The notes under the pieces are model-generated. The model was not told the origin of the DNA, ran no database searches, and worked only from the letters and a program-made list of their open reading frames with translations. The translations under genes and the position numbers were made by a program. From positions 31,785 to 95,784 of the forward strand of contig DASTMB010000064.1 in NCBI GenBank assembly GCA_035714365.1: a stretch of 64,000 bases of DNA, written 5' to 3'. The DNA comes from Mycobacteriales bacterium (lineage in GTDB: Bacteria > Actinomycetota > Actinomycetes > BP-191). Shown piece by piece: positions 15,911-23,994 of this stretch (position 1 is its first letter; every line of letters begins with the position of its first letter).

Positions 15911-17463
15911 ACCGCCACTCCGGCGCGCGCGGCTCCGCCACGCTGCCGACCATCGTCGCTGTCTTCGTCGCCGGAGCGCTCGTCGGCGCCCTCGCCGCCG
16001 TGGAGGTCGTCCCGGCGGACCGCGTGCCCGTCGCCAACGCCGGTCCCGGCGCCGTCGACGGGGGCACCGGCACGGGCACCGGCACCGGCACCGGGACCGG
16101 CACCGGTACGAAGGGCGGCACCGGTACGGGCGCCGGCACCGGCACCGGCACGACGACCGGGACGGGCACCGGCACCGGCACCGGCACGGGCACCGGCACC
16201 GGCACGAGCGGGAAGGTCGCGCTCCCGCCGTCGAAGTTCGAGTGCCGCCCCGGCAAGAACGGCGGGGCGACCGACCGCGGCGTGACCGCGACCTCGGTCA
16301 ACCTGGCGACGACCATCGTCGCGTCCGGCCTCGCCCGGTCGTTCCTCAGCGAGATGAAGTACGCCATGGAGGCGGTGACCGACCAGGTCAACCGCGAGGG
16401 CGGCATCTGCGGCCGGCAGCTGTTCATCGAGACGCGCGACGACGCGTGGAACCCGCAGACCGGTGCGCAGTACCTCCGGAACTACATCGACAACCACAGC
16501 AAGTTCGGGGTGCCCGTCGGGGCCTCCTCGGAGGGGCTCCAGGTCGTCATCAAGAGCGGTGACCTGGACCGCGCGCACTTCCCGGTCGTCGGCACCGACG
16601 GTCTCGCCATCGACCAGTACGCCCGCTCCGACGGCACGGCCCAGCCCTGGGTCTGGCCGGTCGCGACGGCGACCGTGTCGTCCGCGCGGATCATGGCGGA
16701 CGAGGCCTACAAGCGCGGCGCCCGGAAGTTCGGCATCGTCTTCGACAAGAACTACCACTTCGGCAAGGAGGCGGCCGCCGCGTTCAGCGCCGAGGTCAAC
16801 CGGCTCGCGCCGGGCACCGCGCCGTCCGGTGGCTGCGCCGAGCGGTACTGCGGCATCCAGGCCGGCCTCAACAGCTACAGCAGCAACGTCCTCGACTTCT
16901 ACGGCGCGAACCCCGACTTCGTCGCGCTGTTCCTCGAGCCGGAGACCGCGCTCGCGTGGATGCAGGACGTGAACACCCCGTACGCCAACGACGCGTCCCG
17001 GATCAAGTACGGCTACGGCGGTGCGCAGCCGCTGTTCACGTACCAGTTCGAGACGCAGTGCGGCGCCAAGTGCGACCAGATGGTCGTGTGGTCCGGGTTC
17101 AAGCCGAACGTCGAGAAGTACCGCAACGACCCCGCCGTGATCGCGTACGTCCACGCCCTCCAGTCGAAGAACCCGCAGGCCGACCCGTACAACCAGTTCA
17201 CCGAGAGCGCGTACGTCGGCATGCAGTTCCTGGTCGCGGCGCTCAGGAAGGTCGGGCCGGAGCTGACGCGCGACCGGCTCAAGGCGGTGCTCGACCAGAT
17301 GAGCTACAACGACGGGCTGACGCTCCAGGGCACGTTGAAGTTCACGCCGAACAGCCGGTTCGCGAACATCACGATGCAGGCGTTCACCATGCAGTACAAG
17401 GGAACGCCCGGTGGCTGGCGGCTCGGCGTGATCATGCGCGACCCGCACCCGCGAGTCGACTGA
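15907..17463 (+). CDS. ABC transporter substrate-binding protein, PBP type 1 (LivJ/LivK branched-chain amino-acid family-like), N-terminally TM-anchored with a (Gly-Thr)n linker
   Basis: GTG at 15907. TM segment TLPTIVAVFVAGALVGALAAV, a GTGTGT... linker, then a Liv-type fold (VNLATTIVASG...REGGICGRQLFIETRDDAWNPQ...GVPVGASSEG...VVGTDGL). Liv permease and ATPase genes lie immediately downstream. Confidence 0.75.
   Translation: MNRHSGARGSATLPTIVAVFVAGALVGALAAVEVVPADRVPVANAGPGAVDGGTGTGTGTGTGTGTGTKGGTGTGAGTGTGTTTGTGTGTGTGTGTGTGTSGKVALPPSKFECRPGKNGGATDRGVTATSVNLATTIVASGLARSFLSEMKYAMEAVTDQVNREGGICGRQLFIETRDDAWNPQTGAQYLRNYIDNHSKFGVPVGASSEGLQVVIKSGDLDRAHFPVVGTDGLAIDQYARSDGTAQPWVWPVATATVSSARIMADEAYKRGARKFGIVFDKNYHFGKEAAAAFSAEVNRLAPGTAPSGGCAERYCGIQAGLNSYSSNVLDFYGANPDFVALFLEPETALAWMQDVNTPYANDASRIKYGYGGAQPLFTYQFETQCGAKCDQMVVWSGFKPNVEKYRNDPAVIAYVHALQSKNPQADPYNQFTESAYVGMQFLVAALRKVGPELTRDRLKAVLDQMSYNDGLTLQGTLKFTPNSRFANITMQAFTMQYKGTPGGWRLGVIMRDPHPRVD
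16063..16206 (+). repeat. Imperfect hexanucleotide tandem repeat (GGCACS)n encoding (Gly-Thr)n
   Basis: ggcaccggcacgggcaccggcaccggcaccgggaccggcaccggtacg...ggcaccggcacg. It lies in frame inside the substrate-binding-protein gene. Confidence 0.9.
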
Positions 17464-17468
17464 CGACG

Positions 17469-20444
17469 ATGACCAAGCTCCTGGTCTACTCGTTCCTGTC
17501 GATCCCGCTGATCGGCGCGTACATGATGTTCGCGATCGGGATCGTCGTGATCTACCGGTCGTCGCGCGTCCTCAACCTCGCGCACGGCGCGATGGCCATG
17601 GCGCCGGCGTACGTGTACTACTCGCTGACCAAGGCGCACCTTCCGGCGCTGATCGCGCTGCTGCTCGCGGTGGCGGCGGGAGCGGGCCTGGGGGTGCTGG
17701 TCGAGTTCGCGTTCGTCCGCCGGCTGCGGCCGCAGGGCGCGACGGCGCAGACCGTCGGGACCGTCGCTGTCACCGGGCTGCTCATCGCGCTCGTCGGACG
17801 CCTGTATGGCACGTCCGCGATCCAGCCGAAGCCGATCTTCCCGGCCGGGCAGCTCAAGCTCGGCCCCGCCATCGTGCGGTTCACCGACCTCGGCATCCTG
17901 CTGGTCGGGCTCGCCGTCGCGGCGGCGGTCCTCGCGTTCTTCAAGTTCACGCAGTTCGGGCTCGCGATGCGCGGCGCCGCGCAGAACCGCACCGCCGCGA
18001 CGCTCATGGGCATCAACCCGCAGGTCGCCGCGTCCAGCGCCTGGGCGCTCGGCGGCGGTCTCGCCGCCCTCGCCGGCGTGCTCCTCGCCGCCGCGACCAA
18101 CCTCAACCCGTACACGCTCTCGCTCGAGGTGCTGCCGGCGTTCGTCGCGGCGCTGCTCGGCGGGCTCGAGGCGCTCGGCGGCGCGCTCATCGGCGCCGTC
18201 GTCGCCGGTCTCGCGTTCGGCCTGGTGCCCCTCCTCGCGAAGTGGCCGATCATCGGGCCGGTGCTCCGGCTGTCCGGCGCCTCGCAGCTCATGCTGACCG
18301 TTCTCACGCTCGTCGTGCTCGCGCTCCGCGGCAACCGGATGTCGGCCGCCGACCGCGACGACGGCGGGCTCGGCACGTCGGCCGCCGCGTCGGTGGCCGG
18401 GTACCGGAAGCGCTCGCTCCGCCCGTCGGCGGTCGTGGTGTTCGTCCTGCTCCTGATCTGGCCGTTCGTCGCGCCGTTCTCGGCGCTGGGCAGCTCGCTG
18501 CTCGCCCTGGAGTACGCCGTCATCGCGTTCTCGCTCGTCATCCTCACCGGCTGGGTGGGCCAGATCTCACTCGCGCAGGCGACGTTCGTCGGCGTCGGCG
18601 CGCTCGTGACCGCGATGGTGGCCCGCGGCACCGGCCTCGGCTTCCCGCTCGACGTCGTCGTCGGGGCGCTGGCGGCGGGCGTCGCCGCGGTCGCGCTCGG
18701 CGCGGTGGCGCTGCGGGTCCGCGGGCTCTACCTCGCCGTCGCGACGCTGATCTTCGCCTGGATGGGCGACGCGTTCCTCTTCACGTCGCCGGTGCTCGGT
18801 CTCGGCGAAGGGTCGTCCACGCTGCCGAACCAGCGCATCGGCCGCGAGGGCGGGTACATCTCGCTCGACCTCACCAGCCGCCGGGTGCTGTTCATCGTCT
18901 TCCTCGCGATCGTCGTCACGACCGCGGTCTGCCTGTCGAACCTCCGGGACGCGCGGACCGGCCGGGCGCTGTCGGCGATCCGCGGCTCCGAGGTCGCGGC
19001 CGCGTCGCTCGGCATCGACGTCGTCCGGTACAAGCTCGTCGCCTTCGCCGTCAGTGGCGTCCTCGCCGGGCTCGGCGGCGGCATGCTGGTCGTGGAGCAG
19101 CGCACGGTCGTCCCGTCGCAGTTCTTCTACACGGTGTCGTTGCAGTTCCTCGCGATCGCCGTCGTCGGCGGCCTCGCCAGCCTCGGCGGCGCCGTTGCCG
19201 CCGGCATCCTGTTCGCCGGCCTGAGCGAGCTGTTCTTCCGCGTCAACGCCCTGAGCGGCTGGCTGGACGTCGTCTCCGCCCTGCTGCTGGCCGGCGTCCT
19301 GCTGCTGTACCCGACCGGCCTCGCCGGCCTGCTGGCCCGGGCCGGGCGGGTGTTCCAGCAGGTGGCGGACGAGGCCGACCGGGCGCTGGCGCCCGCGAAG
19401 CAGGCGGCGGCCGCTCGGTGGGCGAAGGTGCGGGAGTCGTTGCCGAAGCGCCGGGCCGCGGCCGCGGGCGTGCCCGACTCCGAGGACTGGATGGCGGCCC
19501 GGCTCAACGCCGAGGTCCCCGAGGTGTCCGACGAGGCCGCGGCCGAGGCGGTGCTCGCCGAGGCGGCGAGCGCGGTGGCCGAGGCGGCGGCGCCGCCGCA
19601 GGCCGTGCGCACCTACCGGCGCGAGCGCGACTACGCCGCGCCGATCCGGCTGGAGGCGCGCGACGTCACGGTCCGCTTCGGCGGCCTGACCGCCGTCGAC
19701 ACCGCGAGCCTCGAGGTCCGCGAGGCGGAGGTCGTCGGGCTCATCGGCCCCAACGGCGCCGGCAAGACGACGCTGTTCAACGCGATCCTCGGCCTCAACG
19801 AGCCTCAGGCCGGCCACGTGTACCTCTACGGCAACGACGCCACCAAGGCCAAGGCGCACGTCCGTGCGACCATGGGCGTGGCGCGGACGTTCCAGGTGCT
19901 CCAGCTCTTCCGCGGCCTCACCGTGTTCGACAACCTGCTCGTCGCGACGCATCAGCACAACGCGAGCACGCCGCTCGGCAACCTCGTCGCCAGCGCGACG
20001 ACGGTGCGGGACGAGCACGCGTGCCGGGAGCGGGTCCGCGAGGTGCTGCGGCTGCTCGGGCTCGAGGACGTGGCGGACCAGCAGGTGAGCGGGCTGCCGT
20101 TCGGCATCCTGCGGCTGGTCGAGCTCGGCCGCGCGCTCGTCACCGGCGCCAACCTGCTGCTGCTGGACGAGGCGGCGTCGGGCCTCAACGACCACGAGAC
20201 GGACCGGCTCATCGACGTCATCGGGATGGTCCGCGAGCTGGGCGTCTCGGTGCTGCTCATCGAGCACGACATCCGCATGGTCAACGCCGCGTGCGACTAC
20301 GTCTACGTCCTCGACCGCGGCCGGATGATCTCGGAGGGCACGCCGGGCGAGATCTCCGCCGACCCCGCCGTGCTGGCGGCGTACCTCGGCACGACGACCG
20401 CCGACGACGGCGCGGCGCCCGACACGGAGCTGGTGGGTACCTGA
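17469..20444 (+). CDS. Fused LivH-LivM-LivG: two branched-chain amino-acid ABC permease domains plus an ATPase in one 992-aa polypeptide
   Basis: A single open frame runs from ATG 17469 to the stop at 20442-20444. The LivH-like part is about aa 1-290 (MTKLLVYSFLSIPLIGAYMMFAIGIVVIYRS...). The LivM-like part is about aa 291-620. An Ala/Glu-rich linker of roughly 100 aa follows, then a LivG-like ATPase (GPNGAGKTTLFN, LSGLPFGILRLVELGRAL, LLLLDEAASG). The ORF-track start at 16956 is an artefact that overlaps the substrate-binding-protein gene. Confidence 0.85.
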   Translation: MTKLLVYSFLSIPLIGAYMMFAIGIVVIYRSSRVLNLAHGAMAMAPAYVYYSLTKAHLPALIALLLAVAAGAGLGVLVEFAFVRRLRPQGATAQTVGTVAVTGLLIALVGRLYGTSAIQPKPIFPAGQLKLGPAIVRFTDLGILLVGLAVAAAVLAFFKFTQFGLAMRGAAQNRTAATLMGINPQVAASSAWALGGGLAALAGVLLAAATNLNPYTLSLEVLPAFVAALLGGLEALGGALIGAVVAGLAFGLVPLLAKWPIIGPVLRLSGASQLMLTVLTLVVLALRGNRMSAADRDDGGLGTSAAASVAGYRKRSLRPSAVVVFVLLLIWPFVAPFSALGSSLLALEYAVIAFSLVILTGWVGQISLAQATFVGVGALVTAMVARGTGLGFPLDVVVGALAAGVAAVALGAVALRVRGLYLAVATLIFAWMGDAFLFTSPVLGLGEGSSTLPNQRIGREGGYISLDLTSRRVLFIVFLAIVVTTAVCLSNLRDARTGRALSAIRGSEVAAASLGIDVVRYKLVAFAVSGVLAGLGGGMLVVEQRTVVPSQFFYTVSLQFLAIAVVGGLASLGGAVAAGILFAGLSELFFRVNALSGWLDVVSALLLAGVLLLYPTGLAGLLARAGRVFQQVADEADRALAPAKQAAAARWAKVRESLPKRRAAAAGVPDSEDWMAARLNAEVPEVSDEAAAEAVLAEAASAVAEAAAPPQAVRTYRRERDYAAPIRLEARDVTVRFGGLTAVDTASLEVREAEVVGLIGPNGAGKTTLFNAILGLNEPQAGHVYLYGNDATKAKAHVRATMGVARTFQVLQLFRGLTVFDNLLVATHQHNASTPLGNLVASATTVRDEHACRERVREVLRLLGLEDVADQQVSGLPFGILRLVELGRALVTGANLLLLDEAASGLNDHETDRLIDVIGMVRELGVSVLLIEHDIRMVNAACDYVYVLDRGRMISEGTPGEISADPAVLAAYLGTTTADDGAAPDTELVGT

Positions 20445-21181
20445 TGCTCGACGTCAACGGGATCGACGTCTACTACGGGCCGGTCCAGGCGCTGCGCGAC
20501 CTGAGCCTGCACGTCGGCGACGGCGAGATGGTCGCCCTCCTCGGCGCGAACGGCGCCGGCAAGACCACGACGTTGCGCGCCATCTCCGGGCTGCTGCCGT
20601 ACAAGCGCGGCTCGATCCGGGTCGGCGACGTCGAGGTCAGCAGCCTGCCGGCGCACAAGGTCGTCACGTCCGGCGTCGCGCACCTGGCGCAGGGCCGCGA
20701 GCTGTTCGCCGACCTCACCGTCACCGAGAACCTCCGGCTCGGCCACTGGACGCGGCGGCACCACCGCGGCGACTTCGACGAGCGGTGCGAGCGGGTGTTC
20801 CAGCTCTTCCCGCGGCTGCGGGAGCGGGCGCACCAGGCGTCCGGCACCATGTCCGGCGGCGAGCAGCAGATGCTCGCGGTCGGCCGCGCGCTGATGAGCG
20901 ACCCGAAGCTGCTGCTCGTGGACGAGGCGTCGATGGGCCTCGCCCCGAACCTCGTCGAGCAGCTCTTCGAGGCGCTCGCCGCCGTCAACGCCGCCGGCAC
21001 CAGCGTGCTCGTGGTCGAGCAGTTCATCGGCATGGCGCTGCGCTACACCAAGCGGGCGTACGTGCTCGCGAAGGGGACGGTCGTGCTGGAGGGGCCGAGC
21101 GCCGAGCTGGCGAAGTCCGAGGACGTCGTCGGCGCCTACCTCGGCCACGACACGCACGACGAGGAGCCGGCAACCGCCTGA
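20444..21181 (+). CDS. livF: Branched-chain amino-acid ABC transporter ATP-binding protein LivF
   Basis: ATG overlaps the preceding stop (TGATG). MLDVNGIDVYYGPVQALRDLSLHVGDGEMVALLGANGAGKTTTLRAISG...MSGGEQQMLAVGRALMSDPKLLLVDEASMGLAP. Confidence 0.9.
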   Translation: MLDVNGIDVYYGPVQALRDLSLHVGDGEMVALLGANGAGKTTTLRAISGLLPYKRGSIRVGDVEVSSLPAHKVVTSGVAHLAQGRELFADLTVTENLRLGHWTRRHHRGDFDERCERVFQLFPRLRERAHQASGTMSGGEQQMLAVGRALMSDPKLLLVDEASMGLAPNLVEQLFEALAAVNAAGTSVLVVEQFIGMALRYTKRAYVLAKGTVVLEGPSAELAKSEDVVGAYLGHDTHDEEPATA

Positions 21182-21208
21182 CCCTCCCCTCACCGAACGG
21201 AGCCCCTC

Positions 21209-21388
21209 ATGAAGCGCACCCTCACCCTGCGCACCGAGCGCCTCGCCGAGCTCACCGCGGCCGACCTCGGCGCGGTCGCCGGCGCGTCCGGCCTGCCCTG
21301 CGAGGTCCAGGTTGAGCTGACCAAGGAGCTCTGCCCGTCGTACGGCTGCACCGGCTACTACCCGTCGATCTTCGACCCCTGCGGCTGA
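21209..21388 (+). CDS. Small ORF (59 aa) with a double-glycine-type leader and a 33-aa four-Cys core; candidate bacteriocin/RiPP-like precursor
   Basis: It is not in the ORF track because it is under 60 aa. A GGAG lies 7 nt upstream of the ATG. The sequence is MKRTLTLRTERLAELTAADLGAVAGA / SGLPCEVQVELTKELCPSYGCTGYYPSIFDPCG. The leader matches L(-12) S/T(-11) E/D(-8) L(-7) I/V(-4) G(-2) G/A(-1). A 15-bp terminator stem follows. Confidence 0.5.
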   Translation: MKRTLTLRTERLAELTAADLGAVAGASGLPCEVQVELTKELCPSYGCTGYYPSIFDPCG

Positions 21389-21401
21389 GCCGTCACGAGC
21401 G

Positions 21402-21438
21402 CGGCGGCGCGGCGTGACCACTCCACGCCGCGCCGCCG
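21402..21438 (+). terminator. Stem-loop with a 15-bp perfect GC-rich stem
   Basis: CGGCGGCGCGGCGTG accactc CACGCCGCGCCGCCG, starting 14 nt after the small-ORF stop codon. Confidence 0.55.
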
Positions 21439-21479
21439 GACCCGTCCGGCCCCGGTCGTCCGGCCGCGTTACCGCAACC

Positions 21480-21508
21480 TGGACACTCCGCGCAAACTGT
21501 GTCATTCT
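21480..21508 (+). promoter_or_regulatory. Possible promoter (-35 TGGACA, 17-nt spacer, -10 CATTCT) for the downstream secreted-protein gene
   Basis: Sequence pattern only. Confidence 0.3.
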
Positions 21509-21692
21509 CCGGTCCGCCGCGACGCGGCGAAACCCCCGCCCCTACCAGTCACGTCACTCCGACGTCCGTTGTGCGTCGAGTACCCCAGCGACTCGCGCCG
21601 GTGGAGCCCCCGCCCCGCCCCGTGACCGCTGGCGCCCCTACCGTTGCCAGCCAGGTCGGCTGCCAGCGACTCGTCCCGGGAGGAGTACCACC

Positions 21693-22085
21693 GTGTCCAC
21701 CAAGGTCGTCCGCACGCTCGGCGCGCTCGTCGTCGCCGCCGCTCCGTTCGTCATGTTCACCGCCCCCGCCGCCAACGCCACCGGCGGGTGCAGCGTCGAC
21801 GTCGCGAGCACGTCGCAGAGCGGCTCCGTCTCCGCCGAGCTGCCCTCCGGCACCGTCAGCGCGCAGACGAGCGCCACGTCGTGCACGTACGTCTCCGGCG
21901 GCGGCCGCGTCGAGTGGGGCTGCACCGTCGGCCGCTGCTCGGTGACCCGCTCGGACAGCACCCAGGCCCCGGCCTGCGTCGCCGACGTCGCCGTCACGTG
22001 CGGTGGCGGCTTCGACGCCGCCCCGGGCGCGACGATCACGCTCACCGTGACCGTGGGCCAGGGCTACATCCACGACACCGTCTGA
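21693..22085 (+). CDS. Secreted Cys-rich protein (130 aa), unknown function
   Basis: GGGAGGAG Shine-Dalgarno sequence, then GTG at 21693. The signal peptide is VSTKVVRTLGALVVAAAPFVMFTAPAANA. The mature part has 7 Cys. Confidence 0.55.
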   Translation: MSTKVVRTLGALVVAAAPFVMFTAPAANATGGCSVDVASTSQSGSVSAELPSGTVSAQTSATSCTYVSGGGRVEWGCTVGRCSVTRSDSTQAPACVADVAVTCGGGFDAAPGATITLTVTVGQGYIHDTV

Positions 22086-22148
22086 CTCACCGCGACACCG
22101 CCCGAGGGCGCCGTTCCCGCCAGGGACCGGCGCCCTCGGCGTGTCCGC

Positions 22149-22901
22149 CTACGTGCGGAAGCGGCGGCCGGTGCGGGACGCGACGCGGGCCGCGAGGGTG
22201 CGCGGCACGAGCGAGCCGGCGCCGACGATCGCCTTGTACTGCCACCCCGGCACGCTGACCGGGCGGTCCGCGGCGAGGTCCGCCAGCGCGGTGTCGACCA
22301 CGTCGTCCGCGTCCAGCCAGAGGAACGGCCGCACCCCCGACATGTCCATGCCCGCGCGGTCGTGGAACTCCGTGTGCACGAACCCCGGGCAGAGCGCGAG
22401 CACCCGCACGCCGGTGCCCGCCAGGTCCTGGCGGACCGCCTGGCTGAAGCTCACCACCCACGCCTTGGACGCGCCGTACGTGCCCCGGGGGAAGAACGCC
22501 GCGACGCTCGCGACGTTGACCACGGCGCCCTTCGCGCCGCGGTCGACCAGGGCCCGGGTCGCCGCCGAGGTGAGCCGCAGCACCGCCTCGCAGTGGACCT
22601 TGAGCATCGTCAGCTCGTCGGTGACGGGCACCTCGAGGAAGCGGCCGCGGTGGCCGAAGCCGGCATTGTTGACGAGCAGGTCCACGTCGCCGCGGCCGAG
22701 GCGCTCCTAGACGCGCGCGATGCCCGCGTCGGTGGCGAGGTCGGCCACGAGGTACTCGGCGCCGCCCAGCTCGGCCGCGCAACCGGCGAGCTGGTCCTCG
22801 GTGCGGGCGACGAGCACCAGGCGGAAGCCGTCGCGGTGCAGCCGCCGCGCGAACGCGGCGCCGATGCCGGCGGTCGCGCCGGTGACGAGTGCGGTCGGCA
22901 T
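22149..22901 (-). pseudogene. Short-chain dehydrogenase/reductase (SDR) interrupted by an in-frame TAG (plus-strand cta at 22707-22709)
   Basis: The N-terminal part is [21 protein letters not shown]...[11 protein letters not shown], followed by a stop. The same frame continues as ERLGRGDVDLLVNNAGFG...ASVAAF...YGASKAWVVSF...LCPGFVHTEF. The TGxxxGxG, NNAG and YxxxK motifs are therefore split across the stop. Confidence 0.75.
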
Positions 22902-22924
22902 GCCGGGACCGTACCGGGCGGTCG

Positions 22925-23368
22925 TCAGTTGACGTCGAACTCGTTGCCCTCGGGGTCGCGCATCCCGACCGCGTAGTGGTCGAGGCCCTCGTCGTCCAGC
23001 GGGCCGGCGACGGTCGCGCCGAGGCCGGCCAGCCGCCGCACCTCCGCGTCCACCCGCTGCGCCCGGACCGCCAGTGGGAGCGAACGGTCGCCGCTCGCGT
23101 GGACGTCGAGGTGCAGCCGGTTCTTCACCGCCTTGACGTCCGGCACCACCTGGAACCAGATCCGCGGGCCGTGCCCGTCCGGGTCGACGATCGAGTCCGC
23201 GCCGCCGCCGAGCTCGGCCTCCGGCAGACCGATGTCGCGCCGCCAGTCGTCCCAGGTGGCGAAGCCGGGCGGGGGTGGTTCGAGCAAGTAGCCGAGCGCG
23301 GCGGCCCAGAAGCGGGCGAGGCGGTCGGGGTCGGCGCAGTCGACGACGAGCTGGAAGCGGACCGCCAT
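22925..23368 (-). CDS. VOC/glyoxalase-fold family protein
   Basis: 147 aa. [27 protein letters not shown]...[23 protein letters not shown]...[12 protein letters not shown]. Confidence 0.7.
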   Translation of the reverse strand: MAVRFQLVVDCADPDRLARFWAAALGYLLEPPPPGFATWDDWRRDIGLPEAELGGGADSIVDPDGHGPRIWFQVVPDVKAVKNRLHLDVHASGDRSLPLAVRAQRVDAEVRRLAGLGATVAGPLDDEGLDHYAVGMRDPEGNEFDVN

Positions 23369-23394
23369 CGGCCCCTCCGTCCGGTCGGCCGTGC

Positions 23395-23469
23395 TGGCGC
23401 CCCCGGCAGGATTCGAACCTGCGCACCCGCCTCCGGAGGGCGGTGCTCTATCCCCTGAGCTACGGGGGC
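23395..23469 (-). tRNA. tRNA-Arg (anticodon CCG), CCA end encoded
   Basis: The reverse complement is GCCCCCGTAGCTCAGGGGATAGAGCACCGCCCTCCGGAGGCGGGTGCGCAGGTTCGAATCCTGCCGGGGGCGCCA. It folds as a cloverleaf with acceptor GCCCCCG/CGGGGGC, anticodon stem CCGCC/GGCGG, loop CTCCGGA and a T-loop TTCGAAT. Confidence 0.9.
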
Positions 23470-23540
23470 CCGGGTCCCGGCGATGCTACCGGATGCCGCG
23501 TTCGGTAGCGTTCGGCCCGAGACGGCAGGGAGGCGGTCGG

Positions 23541-23915
23541 ATGGCGGGCGAGCGGGTCCTCGTCGTGGACGACGATGCCGTGATCCGGCAGCTCATCTGC
23601 GTCAACCTCGAGCTCGAGGGCTACGAGGTGCACACCGCGGAGGACGGCCAGGACGCGCTGGAGAAGATCCGGTCCGTCGACCCGGCCGTCGTGACCCTGG
23701 ACATCATGATGCCCCGGCTCGACGGCTGGGAGACCGCCGCCCGGCTGCGCAACGACCCGGACACCGCGCACGTGAAGGTGATCCTGCTCAGCGCCCGGGC
23801 GCAGGAGGCGGACCTGCGGCGCGGCCACGGGATCGGCGTGGACGCCTACCTCACCAAGCCGTTCGACCCGGACGACCTCGTGGAGGCGGTCCGGCGGCTC
23901 GCCGAGGGCCAGTAA
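23541..23915 (+). CDS. Single-domain (CheY-like) response regulator receiver protein
   Basis: MAGERVLVVDDDAVIRQLICVNLELEGYEVHTAEDGQDALEKIRSVDPAVVTLDIMMPRLDGWE...KVILLSARAQ...GVDAYLTKPFDPDDL. There is no output domain and no adjacent kinase. Confidence 0.85.
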   Translation: MAGERVLVVDDDAVIRQLICVNLELEGYEVHTAEDGQDALEKIRSVDPAVVTLDIMMPRLDGWETAARLRNDPDTAHVKVILLSARAQEADLRRGHGIGVDAYLTKPFDPDDLVEAVRRLAEGQ

Positions 23916-23994
23916 ACCGAGTCCGGTTCGAGACAGGAGTCGCGGCAGCGTGCGGCGAAGGGGACGAAACGCCCGTACTACGCACGGAGGACCG

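Noticed and set aside
16956-17468. The 5' part of the 1162-aa ORF 16956..20444.
   Set aside because: It overlaps the 3' end of the substrate-binding-protein gene in another frame and translates to Arg/Pro-rich junk. The permease sequence starts at ATG 17469, right after the substrate-binding-protein stop codon.
22707-22709. The in-frame TAG in the SDR gene as a recoded (pyrrolysine-type) codon.
   Set aside because: No pyl genes are present here, and Pyl decoding is not expected in this lineage. A point mutation or a sequencing error is far more likely.
23395-23469. tRNA-Arg as the attachment site of an integrated element, given the adjacent pseudogenised SDR and the VOC gene.
   Set aside because: There is no integrase or recombinase gene, no direct repeat of the tRNA 3' end elsewhere in the window, and no compositional break that I can see.
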